Program-made: the position numbers and the translations under genes | Origin: an uncultured Acidobacteriota bacterium | GTDB lineage: Bacteria; Acidobacteriota; Thermoanaerobaculia; Gp7-AA8 | Direction: 5' to 3' | Length of the DNA stretch: 64,000 bases | NCBI GenBank assembly: GCA_963741955.1 | Contig: CAVUKB010000005.1 | Span: 1,280,001 to 1,344,000 of the forward strand | Notes under the pieces: generated by a model | Seen by the model: the letters and a program-made list of their open reading frames with translations, nothing else | The model's database searches: none | What the model was told of the DNA's origin: nothing | Shown: positions 15,458 through 25,624 of the stretch, piece after piece | How positions within the stretch are numbered: the stretch's first letter is position 1 | Layout: the number at the start of each line of letters is the position of its first letter

Positions 15458-15657
15458 CGAAACGATTTGGGGGATCCTCCCGGACGATCCAACAGAACGG
15501 TCCCGGTGATTTATTCGGAAACGCCCCTCGGATCTTCGCTTCCAGAACGGGCGACCCCACAAGAAGGATTCCCCCGGAAACCAACGCTCTCAGCCGGGTG
15601 GCCGGGCCTCCCACGGGAGCGTCGAGTATAATTGGACACGCTTCAGTCACAGGGGGA

Positions 15658-17676
15658 ATGATGGCGCTGCCCGAGCCAGCGATCGCGCCGGAGCGCGAAG
15701 TGGTGCTGGCCGCCGACGACAACGAACAGAATCTCCAGCTGCTGGAAGAGTATCTCTGGCAATGGGGATACGAAGTCGTGGTGGCCCGCGACGGGAGGGA
15801 AGCGCTTCAACTTTTCCCCCAGCACAATCCCTCCCTGATCGTCCTCGACGTCATGATGCCGGTCATGGACGGCTACGATGCGTGCTCACGCATCAAGGCG
15901 ACTGCTCAGGGGCGACGGATCCCGATCGTGATGCTCACCGCATTGACCGGGAGTGAAGAAAAAATCCGCGCGCTGGAGAACGGAGCCGACGACTTTCTCA
16001 ACAAGCCGATCAACAAAGAGGAGCTCCGGACGCGGATCCGTTCGCTGATCCGTATCCGGAACCTCCGAAAAGAGCTCGATTCGAGCGAGAACATCCTGGT
16101 CACCCTGACCTCTGCGCTGGAGAACAAAGATCCTCGAAGCGGCGGGCACGTCCATCGCGTGGCTTCCTACTGCGCGCAGATCTGTGAACGGATCGGGATG
16201 TCATCCGAGGACCGGGAAATCATCATCAAGGGGGCGCTCCTTCACGATCTGGGGAAGATCGGCGTTCCCGAAGAGGTGCTCGCAAAGAATGGCCCCCTGA
16301 CCGGACCGGAGGAAGAGGAGCTCAGGAAACACGCCCGAATGGGAGCTTCGATCCTCGAACCGATGCGGACCTTCCAGCATCTGATTCCGATGGTTCGTTG
16401 GCACCATGAACGTTTCGACGGGCAGGGCTACCCGGATGGAATTGCCGGCGAACAGATTCCCCTCGAGGCGCGGATCGTCGCGATCGCGAACCGGTTCGAC
16501 GAAATCCGTCACGGCCCGGAAATGCCGAGCCAGCAGCGTGCGATCGAGGAGTTGAGCCGCGAGACTGAAGGCGGCGGCTTCGACCCTCAACTTTTCGATC
16601 TCTTCCGTGCTGCTCTCCGGGAGGAGCCACTTCATGCCGACCGTACCGAAGCGATTCGGCTGCGCCATGCGGAACGCCATCCGCGCGTCCTCTGCGTCGA
16701 CGACAGCCGCCACAACAGGGAGCTGATCGCCGCCACGCTCACCGGAGAAGGCCTCGAAGTGGTGCAGGCCGAGAACGGCCGGATGGCGATGGAACTTCTC
16801 CACCGCGAGCCGATCGACCTGATCCTCCTCGATCTCGTCATGCCGGTACAGGACGGAACCGACACCCTGCAAAACATCCGCTCCGATCCGGCTTTCGAAT
16901 TTCTTCCGGTGATCGTTCTGACCGCGCATCGAAACGCAGAACTGCGGAAACGAGCCATCATCGGAGGGGCGGACGATTTTCTCAGCTATCCGGTGAATCG
17001 ACTGGAACTGACCACGCGCATCCGTTCGCTTCTGAGGATCCGCGAGTTTCACGCGGATCTCGAGCAGACCCAGAACGTGATCTGCGCACTGGCCCTCGCG
17101 ATCGAAGCGAAGGATCGATACACCCGCGGCCATTCACAACGAGTGGGAGACCTCGCTCACGCATTTGCTCTCCATCTCGGACTGGGGGAAGCAACGGCGG
17201 AGCGGATCCACGTCGCCGGACTGCTTCACGACATCGGGAAGATCGCCGTGCCCGAAGCCCTGCTGAACAAGAAAGGTCCGCTCACCCGGGACGAGTTCAT
17301 GCGAGTCATCGATCACCCGGTGATCGGCGAAGAGATCTGCCGTCCTCTGCACACGCTTTCTTCGGTGCTGAAGCTGATCCGGCACCATCATGAGCGGTTC
17401 GATGGACGGGGCTACCCCGACGGCCTTTCCGGAGAGACCATCCCGTACGACGTCCGTCTCCTCTCGATCGTGGATGCATACGATGCGCTGACTTCGGACC
17501 GCGCCTACCGCCCCGCTCCCCTCACCCACCACGCCGCTCTCGAGACTCTGCGGCGAGAAGCATCCGCGGGGAAATGGGACTCCGCCATGCTGGGGCACTT
17601 CTGCGACTTCATCGGCGATTCCTCTCCCGACTTCGACAGTATCTCCCTCCCCGTTCCGATGCTTCATCTGGAGTGA
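15658..17676 (+). CDS. Tandem REC-HD-GYP-REC-HD-GYP cyclic-di-GMP phosphodiesterase
   Basis: Two receiver domains (LDVMMP, LDLVMP), each followed by HD-GYP (LHDxGKI, HHERFDGxGYP). Confidence 0.9.
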   Translation: MMALPEPAIAPEREVVLAADDNEQNLQLLEEYLWQWGYEVVVARDGREALQLFPQHNPSLIVLDVMMPVMDGYDACSRIKATAQGRRIPIVMLTALTGSEEKIRALENGADDFLNKPINKEELRTRIRSLIRIRNLRKELDSSENILVTLTSALENKDPRSGGHVHRVASYCAQICERIGMSSEDREIIIKGALLHDLGKIGVPEEVLAKNGPLTGPEEEELRKHARMGASILEPMRTFQHLIPMVRWHHERFDGQGYPDGIAGEQIPLEARIVAIANRFDEIRHGPEMPSQQRAIEELSRETEGGGFDPQLFDLFRAALREEPLHADRTEAIRLRHAERHPRVLCVDDSRHNRELIAATLTGEGLEVVQAENGRMAMELLHREPIDLILLDLVMPVQDGTDTLQNIRSDPAFEFLPVIVLTAHRNAELRKRAIIGGADDFLSYPVNRLELTTRIRSLLRIREFHADLEQTQNVICALALAIEAKDRYTRGHSQRVGDLAHAFALHLGLGEATAERIHVAGLLHDIGKIAVPEALLNKKGPLTRDEFMRVIDHPVIGEEICRPLHTLSSVLKLIRHHHERFDGRGYPDGLSGETIPYDVRLLSIVDAYDALTSDRAYRPAPLTHHAALETLRREASAGKWDSAMLGHFCDFIGDSSPDFDSISLPVPMLHLE

Positions 17677-17831
17677 AGCGGTCAGACCGAAGTCCCACCA
17701 TCTCGCCGGTTCGCCGGATGCCCGGATCACCAATCCGCGGTAGAATGCCCCTCCTGCGCCGGTCGAGGTCGGAATTGCGGAGCGACTGACCACTTTTCGC
17801 CGACCCTCTGACCGGCAGCACCCCTGAACCC

Positions 17832-18794
17832 ATGTTGACGTTTCTCGATCCGCTGAAACAGTCGGACCTCCCGCGCGAGTGCGTTGCCACCATCGGCAAC
17901 TTCGACGGGATGCACATCGGCCACCAGACGATCATCCGCGACGTGGTCGAACGGGGGCGAGACCTGGGTCTTCCCGCTGTGGTGATCACGTTTCAGCCGC
18001 ATCCTCTCAGCGTCGTCGCGCCCGACCGGGTGCCGAAGCAGATCATGACCCTGGCACAGAAGGAAGAGCTGATCGCCCGGAGCGGTGCCGACGCAACGCT
18101 GGTGATTCCCTTCACTCCCGAGTTCTCCCGCTGGACGGCGCGAGAGTTCGTAGAGACGTTTCTCGTCCAACGCCTGGGGGTGCGTGAAGTCTGGATCGGC
18201 CGTGATTTCTGCTTCGGCGCGGGGCGGGAGGGAGACCTGAATTCCCTCACGGAGATGGGGCACCAGCACCACTTCGCAGTTCAGGGGATCGACGACATAC
18301 GGATCGGTGGAGTCCGGGTCTCGAGCTCTCTCATCCGGCGTGCGATTCAAAAAGGGGCGATGCACTACGTGTCCCTGGCCCTCGGCCGCACCTACTCGAT
18401 CGACGGGAGCGTAGAGACCGGGATGCGCCTCGGCCGCCGCATCGGGTTCCCCACAGTGAACGTCGAACCGGAGAACGAGCTGTTTCCCGGATCCGCGGTC
18501 TACGTCACCACCTGCCAGTTCGAGACGTTCGCCGGGAGCTTCCAGAGCGTCACCAACATCGGAGTCCGTCCGACCCTTTACGAGAATTTCTCCACCACCA
18601 TCGAGAGCCACATTCTCGACTTCGACTCGAATGTCTACGGTGACAGGATCCGGGTCTATTTTCATCGACTCCTCCGTCGCGAGAAACAGTTCCGCTCAGC
18701 GCTCGAGCTCACCAACCAGATCCGGATGGACATCGATCAGACCCGCCGTTACTTCCGGGAGCATCCTTTCGAGTTGACGCCTTCCGGACAGTGA
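17832..18794 (+). CDS. ribF: Bifunctional riboflavin kinase/FAD synthetase
   Basis: IGNFDGMHIGH, VSSSLIR, GRRIGFPTVN, NIGVRPT, ESHILDF. Confidence 0.95.
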   Translation: MLTFLDPLKQSDLPRECVATIGNFDGMHIGHQTIIRDVVERGRDLGLPAVVITFQPHPLSVVAPDRVPKQIMTLAQKEELIARSGADATLVIPFTPEFSRWTAREFVETFLVQRLGVREVWIGRDFCFGAGREGDLNSLTEMGHQHHFAVQGIDDIRIGGVRVSSSLIRRAIQKGAMHYVSLALGRTYSIDGSVETGMRLGRRIGFPTVNVEPENELFPGSAVYVTTCQFETFAGSFQSVTNIGVRPTLYENFSTTIESHILDFDSNVYGDRIRVYFHRLLRREKQFRSALELTNQIRMDIDQTRRYFREHPFELTPSGQ

Positions 18795-18925
18795 TTCGCC
18801 TCGCCTGCGGATCCCGGCGACGAGCGGGGCGATTCCGGAAGGCGTGATTTGCCGCCCCCGGGGACCCGATTCCGTAGCCAATCCGAACACGATCGGACGA
18901 GGCTCGGCTACAATGTCGCCGAAAG

Positions 18926-21145
18926 ATGATTCGCAGCCGAATGAACCGACGCGGAGCGCTGATCTTCCTCGCCGCCCTGATCTTCATCCCCATCCGAGCG
19001 AACGCGCAAACTCAGGCTCAGAAGCCACCCGGAGCGCCATCGAAGAGCGGGAAGTTCTCGCTGGCTCTCCCATCGGCGAAACCGGGGGAGCCGGTCCGCT
19101 GGACGGCGAGGAGTCAGGAGTTCGTGCAGGGTGACTACGCCATCCTCGAAGGGGAAGTGAAGGTCCACTACCAGAACATCGTCATCGGTGCGGACAAGGT
19201 GACGGTGAATCTGAAGACGAAGGACGTCACCGCGGAGGGAAACGTCGTCCTCGACGAAGGGCCGCAAAGGCTTTCCGCGGAGAGAATCGTATTCAACCTC
19301 GACAGCCGGACCGGAACACTCTTCGACGCCAAAGCCTCCTTCGAGCCTTCCATCCACATGCGCGGGAAGAAGATCGAGAAACTCGACCAGGATACCTACC
19401 GGCTCACCGATGGTGTTTTCACTTCCTGCGACATCGACAACCCGTCGTGGTCCTTTCACGTGAGCCACGGAACGGTCACGGTCAACGACTACGCGCACCT
19501 GCAGTCGATCTCGTTCAGGGCCAGGAAGGTCCCGGTCTTCTGGACGCCGTACATCGTGTGGCCGACGAAACGGGACCGTTCGCAGGGACTGCTGATCCCG
19601 AAGGTCGGATTCTCGAACCGCTTCGGAAGCTACGTGGGAACTGCGTACTTTCTGCCGTTCGGCGACTCGGCGGACGCCACGATCAACGCCGATTACTACT
19701 CCAAGGGATATTACGGAGCAGGGACCACCATCCGCTACGTCCCGTCGAAATCGGTCAACGGGCGCTTCATGGGGTACGCCGTCCGCGATCCGCTCGACAA
19801 CAGGACCCAGTGGAAGTACTCGTACCAGCACACCCAGGACGACCTCCCTCTCGGATTCCGCGGGGTCATCGACGTTCAGGACTTCTCCGACCTCGAATTC
19901 TTCCGCTTCTTCGAGCGCGACTTCCAGCTCAATACGATCTCGAACATCTATTCGTCCGCCTATCTGACGAAGAACACCGGCCGGTATTCGGTGAACGTCA
20001 GAACCGACCGGAGGGAACATTTCCTGGGCGCCGGAAACAACCAGGTTTTCGAACAGCTTCCGGCACTCGAGTTCCGCACTTACCCCTCCCGGATTCTCGA
20101 CTCCCCCGTCTACTTCTCGATGGAGTCGTCGGCCTCGCACCTTCGCTCGAGTCTCGGCGCGAATTACTACCGGGCGGACGTCTACCCCACCCTCTCGATG
20201 CAGGTCCGAACGGTTCCGTGGCTCTCGATCAAGCCGCAGGTCTCCGTTCGGGAGACGTACTACACCTCGAGCTACGATTCGGGCACTGGCGTCCGCACGA
20301 TCAGCGACCAGCCTCTGACACGCTTCTACGGTCAGGGACAGGTGGAAGTGGTGGGACCCTCGTTCACGAAGATCTTCACCGCGAAGATCGGCGGCTTCGA
20401 CAAGTTCAAGCACGTGATCGAGCCGCGGATCCGTTACGTCTACACCAGCAACGTCGACGACCAGAACCGGGTGATCCAGTTCGACACCGTCGACACTCCT
20501 CTCCTCCCGATCGTGCGCGATTCGGTCGAGTACTCGCTCACTCAACGAGTGATCGCAAAGGGGGAGAAGGATAATTCATCGGCTCGCGAGATCCTGTCGC
20601 TCTCTCTCCGCCAGACGGTCTCGCTCTCCAAACCGTTCGACTCTTTTTCGAACGGCACCCCGAACGCATCGAAGTTCACGCCGCTCACGCTCACCGCCCA
20701 CGTGAATCCGTACCAGACGGTCAGCCTCGACGCGAACGCCTCGTTCGGCAACGTCTCGCACCAGATCGACCAGGCGAGCCTCTCCGGACGTTTCGTCGAA
20801 CCGAAATCGAATTCCTATCTCAATTTCACCTGGTTTTCTGCGTTCCGCGCTCCCGGAGCGGTCGGCGGCGAATCGAGCCAGTTCCGTTTCAACGCCGGAG
20901 CGCCGCTCTGGCGCGATCGGATTCGTGGCGACATCTGGTTGAACTTCGATGCGAACACCGGTCAATTTCTCGAGCAGCGCTACATCGCCGGCTGGTTCTC
21001 GTCGTGCTATAACATCTCGTTCGAATACCGGGACTTCCTCGCAACCCGCGGTTTCGCCTCCCCCGACCGCAACCGCGATTACCAGATCTCGATCAACCTC
21101 AAGAACGTCGGAACATTCGTCGACCTGCGAGGATCGATCAACTGA
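18926..21145 (+). CDS. lptD: LPS assembly outer-membrane protein LptD
   Basis: Signal peptide, OstA-like N-terminal domain, FTSC..W motif, R.QGLLIP, KHVIEP, aromatic beta-barrel C-terminus. Confidence 0.8.
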   Translation: MIRSRMNRRGALIFLAALIFIPIRANAQTQAQKPPGAPSKSGKFSLALPSAKPGEPVRWTARSQEFVQGDYAILEGEVKVHYQNIVIGADKVTVNLKTKDVTAEGNVVLDEGPQRLSAERIVFNLDSRTGTLFDAKASFEPSIHMRGKKIEKLDQDTYRLTDGVFTSCDIDNPSWSFHVSHGTVTVNDYAHLQSISFRARKVPVFWTPYIVWPTKRDRSQGLLIPKVGFSNRFGSYVGTAYFLPFGDSADATINADYYSKGYYGAGTTIRYVPSKSVNGRFMGYAVRDPLDNRTQWKYSYQHTQDDLPLGFRGVIDVQDFSDLEFFRFFERDFQLNTISNIYSSAYLTKNTGRYSVNVRTDRREHFLGAGNNQVFEQLPALEFRTYPSRILDSPVYFSMESSASHLRSSLGANYYRADVYPTLSMQVRTVPWLSIKPQVSVRETYYTSSYDSGTGVRTISDQPLTRFYGQGQVEVVGPSFTKIFTAKIGGFDKFKHVIEPRIRYVYTSNVDDQNRVIQFDTVDTPLLPIVRDSVEYSLTQRVIAKGEKDNSSAREILSLSLRQTVSLSKPFDSFSNGTPNASKFTPLTLTAHVNPYQTVSLDANASFGNVSHQIDQASLSGRFVEPKSNSYLNFTWFSAFRAPGAVGGESSQFRFNAGAPLWRDRIRGDIWLNFDANTGQFLEQRYIAGWFSSCYNISFEYRDFLATRGFASPDRNRDYQISINLKNVGTFVDLRGSIN

Positions 21146-21195
21146 CGCAAGGTCATCCAATGCCGCCAAAATTCATCGATCGTGAGAACGCCGGG

Positions 21196-22266
21196 ATGAA
21201 AGGCCTGATCCTCTCCGGAGGAAAAGGTACCCGGATGCGACCGCTGACCTACACGTCCGCGAAACAGCTCATCCCCGTAGCCAACAAACCCGTCCTCCAC
21301 TACGGCATCGAAGCCATCGTCCACGCCGGAATCGAAGAGATCGCGATCATCATCTCTCCCGAGACGGGCGGCGAGATTCGCGACGCGATCGGCGACGGAT
21401 CGAGTTTCGGGGCGAAGATCCAGTACATCGAACAGGACGCACCGCGTGGACTCGCCCATGCGGTGATGATCACCGAAGATTTCATGGGATCCTCCCCTTT
21501 CGTGATGTACCTCGGTGACAACCTCCTGCAACACGGAATCACACCGCTGGTCGAGGAGTACCGCCAGCTCGACTGCAACAGTGAGATTCTCCTGACTCGC
21601 GTTCCCGATCCGACACAGTTCGGCGTCGCCGAACTGACCGAGGACGGCCGGGTGCTGCGCCTCACGGAAAAGCCGAAGCAGCCGAAGTCGGATCTCGCTC
21701 TGGTCGGGGTCTACATGTTCGACCAGACCATCTTTCAGGCGGTGAAATCGATCCGACCTTCCGGTCGCAATGAGCTCGAGATCACCGATGCGATCCAATG
21801 GCTGATCGACAACGGCTTCACCGTGCATCCCCACATCGTGAAGGGATGGTGGAAGGACACCGGAAAAATCGAGGATATGCTCGAGGCGAACCGGACGGTG
21901 CTCGACGCACGCGAAAGGCTGATCCACGGAACGTTCGACGAGAATTCCAGCATCGAGGGGAAGGTGGTGATGGAGGAGGGGGCGACGATCGTCGACTCCG
22001 TCGTCCGCGGCCCGGCGATCATCGGCGCGGGAGCATCGATTCACAACGCGTACGTCGGACCGTACACCTCGATCGGCAACCGCTGCACGGTCGAGCACTG
22101 CGAGATCGAAAATTCGATCGTGCTCGAAGGGTCCACCATCAGTCACGTCGACGGACGGATCGAAGCGAGTCTGATCGGTAAGAACGTGAAGATCGGCAAG
22201 ACCCGGAGGAAGCCCGCCGCTTATCGCTTCATGCTCGGCGACAATTCCGAAGTGGGAATCACCTGA
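21196..22266 (+). CDS. rfbA: Glucose-1-phosphate thymidylyltransferase (long form with hexapeptide repeats)
   Basis: LSGGKGTRMRPLT...KQLIPVANKP, ELEITDAIQ, WKDTG, C-terminal LbH repeats. Confidence 0.85.
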   Translation: MKGLILSGGKGTRMRPLTYTSAKQLIPVANKPVLHYGIEAIVHAGIEEIAIIISPETGGEIRDAIGDGSSFGAKIQYIEQDAPRGLAHAVMITEDFMGSSPFVMYLGDNLLQHGITPLVEEYRQLDCNSEILLTRVPDPTQFGVAELTEDGRVLRLTEKPKQPKSDLALVGVYMFDQTIFQAVKSIRPSGRNELEITDAIQWLIDNGFTVHPHIVKGWWKDTGKIEDMLEANRTVLDARERLIHGTFDENSSIEGKVVMEEGATIVDSVVRGPAIIGAGASIHNAYVGPYTSIGNRCTVEHCEIENSIVLEGSTISHVDGRIEASLIGKNVKIGKTRRKPAAYRFMLGDNSEVGIT

Positions 22267-22276
22267 TTCAATCCGA

Positions 22277-22993
22277 TTGACGGCATCGGTCCGATCGGCT
22301 AGCCTCGCCGCCGTGCCGAACGTCTACACCTTCAAGGATTTCGAAGGGAGCAGCCACCGCATCCTTCTGCAGCTGGTACGCGAGTTCACCCGGGTTCCGG
22401 GAGGACGCATCCTCGATCTCGGAGCTGCGGGAGGCGAGCTGGGCGAGGCTCTCCGCGACCGCTTCGACGAAACCTTCGGATTCGATTTCGACGTCGACAA
22501 TATCGACCGACTTCACAAATCCTTCGACCACGCCGTCATCGCGGACCTGGAGCGTCTCGTCGCTCTCCCCTCCCGAATGCGCTGCATCATCCTGGCCGAC
22601 GTGCTCGAGCATCTCAGGGATCCGCGGCGGGCGCTGGAGATGGTCCGACGCTCACTCGACGAGAACGGCAGGATCTTCGTTTCAGTTCCGAACATCGCGA
22701 ACATCACCATTCGTCTCGGCCTGCTCTTCGGCGTCTTTCGCTACCGCGACCGGGGAATTCTGGACCACTCACATCTTCGCTTCTACACTCGAAGAACGAT
22801 TGTCGAAGAGCTCCGGGGGGCAGGGCTGGAGATCGACTCGGTGCACGCCTCGTCCGTCCCGATCCGCCTTGTCTTCGACGGCCGGATCCCAGGAACTCTG
22901 ATACGCCTCGGTGAACGGATCCTCGTTCCTCTCACCAGGACCTGGAAGTCGCTTTTCGGCTATCAGATCATTCTGGTGGTCCGCCCCCGCTGA
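22277..22993 (+). CDS. Class I SAM-dependent methyltransferase
   Basis: ILDLGAAGG, ADVLEHL, SVPNIA, GILDHSHLRFYT; start uncertain. Confidence 0.8.
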   Translation: MTASVRSASLAAVPNVYTFKDFEGSSHRILLQLVREFTRVPGGRILDLGAAGGELGEALRDRFDETFGFDFDVDNIDRLHKSFDHAVIADLERLVALPSRMRCIILADVLEHLRDPRRALEMVRRSLDENGRIFVSVPNIANITIRLGLLFGVFRYRDRGILDHSHLRFYTRRTIVEELRGAGLEIDSVHASSVPIRLVFDGRIPGTLIRLGERILVPLTRTWKSLFGYQIILVVRPR

Positions 22994-25575
22994 CGCCTCA
23001 GCTCGAGCAGGATGGCAATCATGAGCAGCACGGCCCCGATCGCAGCGGGAATCCAGAATCCTCGGCCGATCCTCCATCGAAGTTCCACTACGTGCCGCCC
23101 CGGTTCGATCGGGATACCCGCGAACAACGTGTCGATCGACAGCGGTTGGACATTCTTCCCATCCACCGCGACACGCAGCTGAGAGACGAGCTTCTCCGAG
23201 GTCGCAAGAAGAAATGGAGCGGCCGATTCGACGGTGATCGTGGTGTTGGACGCGTCGTACCTCTGGATCTGGAAGTGCACCTTCCGATCCGCGGGTGGTA
23301 CCTGCTCGAGTCTCGTCCGCAGCTCCGGCACATCGGAAGAGACGACCGCGATGCGAGCGAGATCGACGTCTTTCCGTCTCAGGAACTCGTCACGGTTCAT
23401 GGTCTCGATCTTCCAGACCGGAAAGTATCGGGGATTCGCCGCGAGGTTCTCGAATATGCGGCCGTCGTCGAGCTCCGAATCGATGATCAGAGGGAATCGT
23501 ACCTTTCCGTAGTAGACGGGCGACTCACCCGGGGCACCCTCCGCCCCCGGCAGAACGACGTTCTCTCCGGACGAGCTCATTCGCACCAGAAATTCACTCC
23601 CCGGCGCGACGTCACGCGGCAGAGGCACGTAGATCTTCTGCATCCGGCTAAGCTGCCCGTAGGGGTAGTTGCGGCGGTATACGACCTTTCCCGTCTCGGG
23701 TTCGATCAGCCGGACTTCGAGTTCTCCCCCAACGGCGGAGCTCGAACGAACGGCGACCGGAAATTCGATCGCGTAGAACGGGAGCCTGTCGATCCGGACG
23801 AGGCGCGTGAGCGTCTCCCCTGGTGCCAGGAGATACGTCCCCTCCTTCGGCACTCCGGGGTCGGTCGCTGCGTAGATGGACCAGCGGAGGATGTCGATGT
23901 CCGGTTGCTCGATCAGATAACGGACATTCAGAAACGAGAGGAGAGGGTCGCGAAAGTCCATCCTCAGCGAGTTCAGAAGGAGAATCGTCGAGTGGGTGGT
24001 GGCAGCATCCGGGTCGAGCCGTTCGATCAACTTCCGGTATTCGAGCTCTGAACTGAAGTGGCTGCGCACGTCCTCGATCCGGTAGAGCTCCGACGAGTTC
24101 GGAATCAGATACGGGAAGAAGCCGGCGAACCGGAACGGCGGCCGGCCTTTCTGCAGGTACTCCACCGTCGTGCTCCGGGGGAGACTCGCCACTTCGGGAG
24201 TGAGATAGGGATAGAAGTGCGCGGCGAACAGCGAGAGATCTCCGGCGACGAGAAGCGCCATCGCAAGAACCAGAGCGTTCACCACCGGACGCATTCGTGT
24301 CGCGGTGAGACGGCCGATGAGGAGCGTACCGGCTCCGGCGAGATACGCGAACGGGATCGGCAGCAGCATCCGCAATCGTGCCAGGGCCGAGTACTTGATC
24401 CCCGGCAGTTCGGCAACCACTTTGCCGAATCCACTCCTGGTGAAGATCAGGACGGTCAGAACCAGAAGCACCAGCATCCAGAATCCGCGGTCCCTCGCAC
24501 GCCTCTCGAGAACGCCGAGCAGAACGAGAGGGAGGGTGAAGATACCGAGGTAGATGGTCGCCTCGACAAAGTTGCTCCCCGGCATTTGCGCAGACGTGTG
24601 CCAGATGTGACGAACCGGATCTCCGAGTGCGTAAGGATCGAGCAGAGCGCGCAGGTGCCAGAGCGGGTACACACCGGCTGCGGCGCTGTTCGCGCGCATC
24701 TCGAGATACCCGCTGCGGAGCAGTAGTCTCACGAACGGCGCCAGGAACGGGAGGGCGATCACGGACCCGAGAGAGACGCCTGCTGCGACTCGTGCGATAC
24801 CCGCCATTCGAACTCCGCGAGCCCGGATCGTCCGGTACACGAAGAACGCGACACCGAGGTACGCCCCGTACGCGATGACCGCAGGAAATCCACAGAGGAG
24901 AATCGCCAGAACCAGAAGAGCAGTCAGAGATACTGAAACCCGTTTCCCTCTGGTCAACCGCGAGACGAGAAGCAGCACGGCAGGGTAGAGCGTCGTCCCG
25001 TTCGTCCCCTGCCACAGCCACCAGACCACGTATGGTCCGGCGAGAGCGAAGACGGTCGCTCCGACCGCCGCTCCTCGCTTCCCGAGCCTTTCTTCGCGCA
25101 ACCAGAGATACGCGAGGAGGAATCCGACGTTCAGCTTGAGAAGAACGATGCCGCTGTAAACCGCACGAAGAGGGAAAAGAAGCGCGGGAATCAGAATGAA
25201 AGGAGAAAGGACAGCCGAAGCAGCGGATCCGAATCCAGGCTCACCGGAAGCGATGTAGCGGTTCCAGTGGAACGCGGCCGGGTCGGATCTGAGCAGCTCG
25301 ATCAGGGTCAGGTACGAAGTCGGTGGGTCGTGGATGAGAGGATTTTGAGCCTCGACCGTCCGATGCGCCTGCCAGGGAAAGTAGTGGTAGTAGACGTCGT
25401 TCGGCGAGAGCACGCGGCCCATGAAGAACGATGGAAAGAAGACGATCAGATGGATCCAGAGGAGAATCCAGAGCGCGAGATGGTGTTTGCGGACTCCCCT
25501 CGCCACGCGGATCGCCCTGCCACGGTCCCCAGCCGGGACTCGAGGTGCGGAGTGGGTCGTCACCGTACCAATCAT
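22963..25575 (-). CDS. YfhO-family (GT-C) membrane glycosyltransferase-like protein
   Basis: Multi-TM N-half with WNRYIASGEP, large soluble region, C-terminal GRHVVELRW plus TM helix typical of YfhO. Confidence 0.7.
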   Translation of the reverse strand: MIGTVTTHSAPRVPAGDRGRAIRVARGVRKHHLALWILLWIHLIVFFPSFFMGRVLSPNDVYYHYFPWQAHRTVEAQNPLIHDPPTSYLTLIELLRSDPAAFHWNRYIASGEPGFGSAASAVLSPFILIPALLFPLRAVYSGIVLLKLNVGFLLAYLWLREERLGKRGAAVGATVFALAGPYVVWWLWQGTNGTTLYPAVLLLVSRLTRGKRVSVSLTALLVLAILLCGFPAVIAYGAYLGVAFFVYRTIRARGVRMAGIARVAAGVSLGSVIALPFLAPFVRLLLRSGYLEMRANSAAAGVYPLWHLRALLDPYALGDPVRHIWHTSAQMPGSNFVEATIYLGIFTLPLVLLGVLERRARDRGFWMLVLLVLTVLIFTRSGFGKVVAELPGIKYSALARLRMLLPIPFAYLAGAGTLLIGRLTATRMRPVVNALVLAMALLVAGDLSLFAAHFYPYLTPEVASLPRSTTVEYLQKGRPPFRFAGFFPYLIPNSSELYRIEDVRSHFSSELEYRKLIERLDPDAATTHSTILLLNSLRMDFRDPLLSFLNVRYLIEQPDIDILRWSIYAATDPGVPKEGTYLLAPGETLTRLVRIDRLPFYAIEFPVAVRSSSAVGGELEVRLIEPETGKVVYRRNYPYGQLSRMQKIYVPLPRDVAPGSEFLVRMSSSGENVVLPGAEGAPGESPVYYGKVRFPLIIDSELDDGRIFENLAANPRYFPVWKIETMNRDEFLRRKDVDLARIAVVSSDVPELRTRLEQVPPADRKVHFQIQRYDASNTTITVESAAPFLLATSEKLVSQLRVAVDGKNVQPLSIDTLFAGIPIEPGRHVVELRWRIGRGFWIPAAIGAVLLMIAILLELRRQRGRTTRMI

Positions 25576-25624
25576 CTACGGCGGCATCATAGCAAGCGCG
25601 TCACGCCCCGGATAGAATCGCGCC

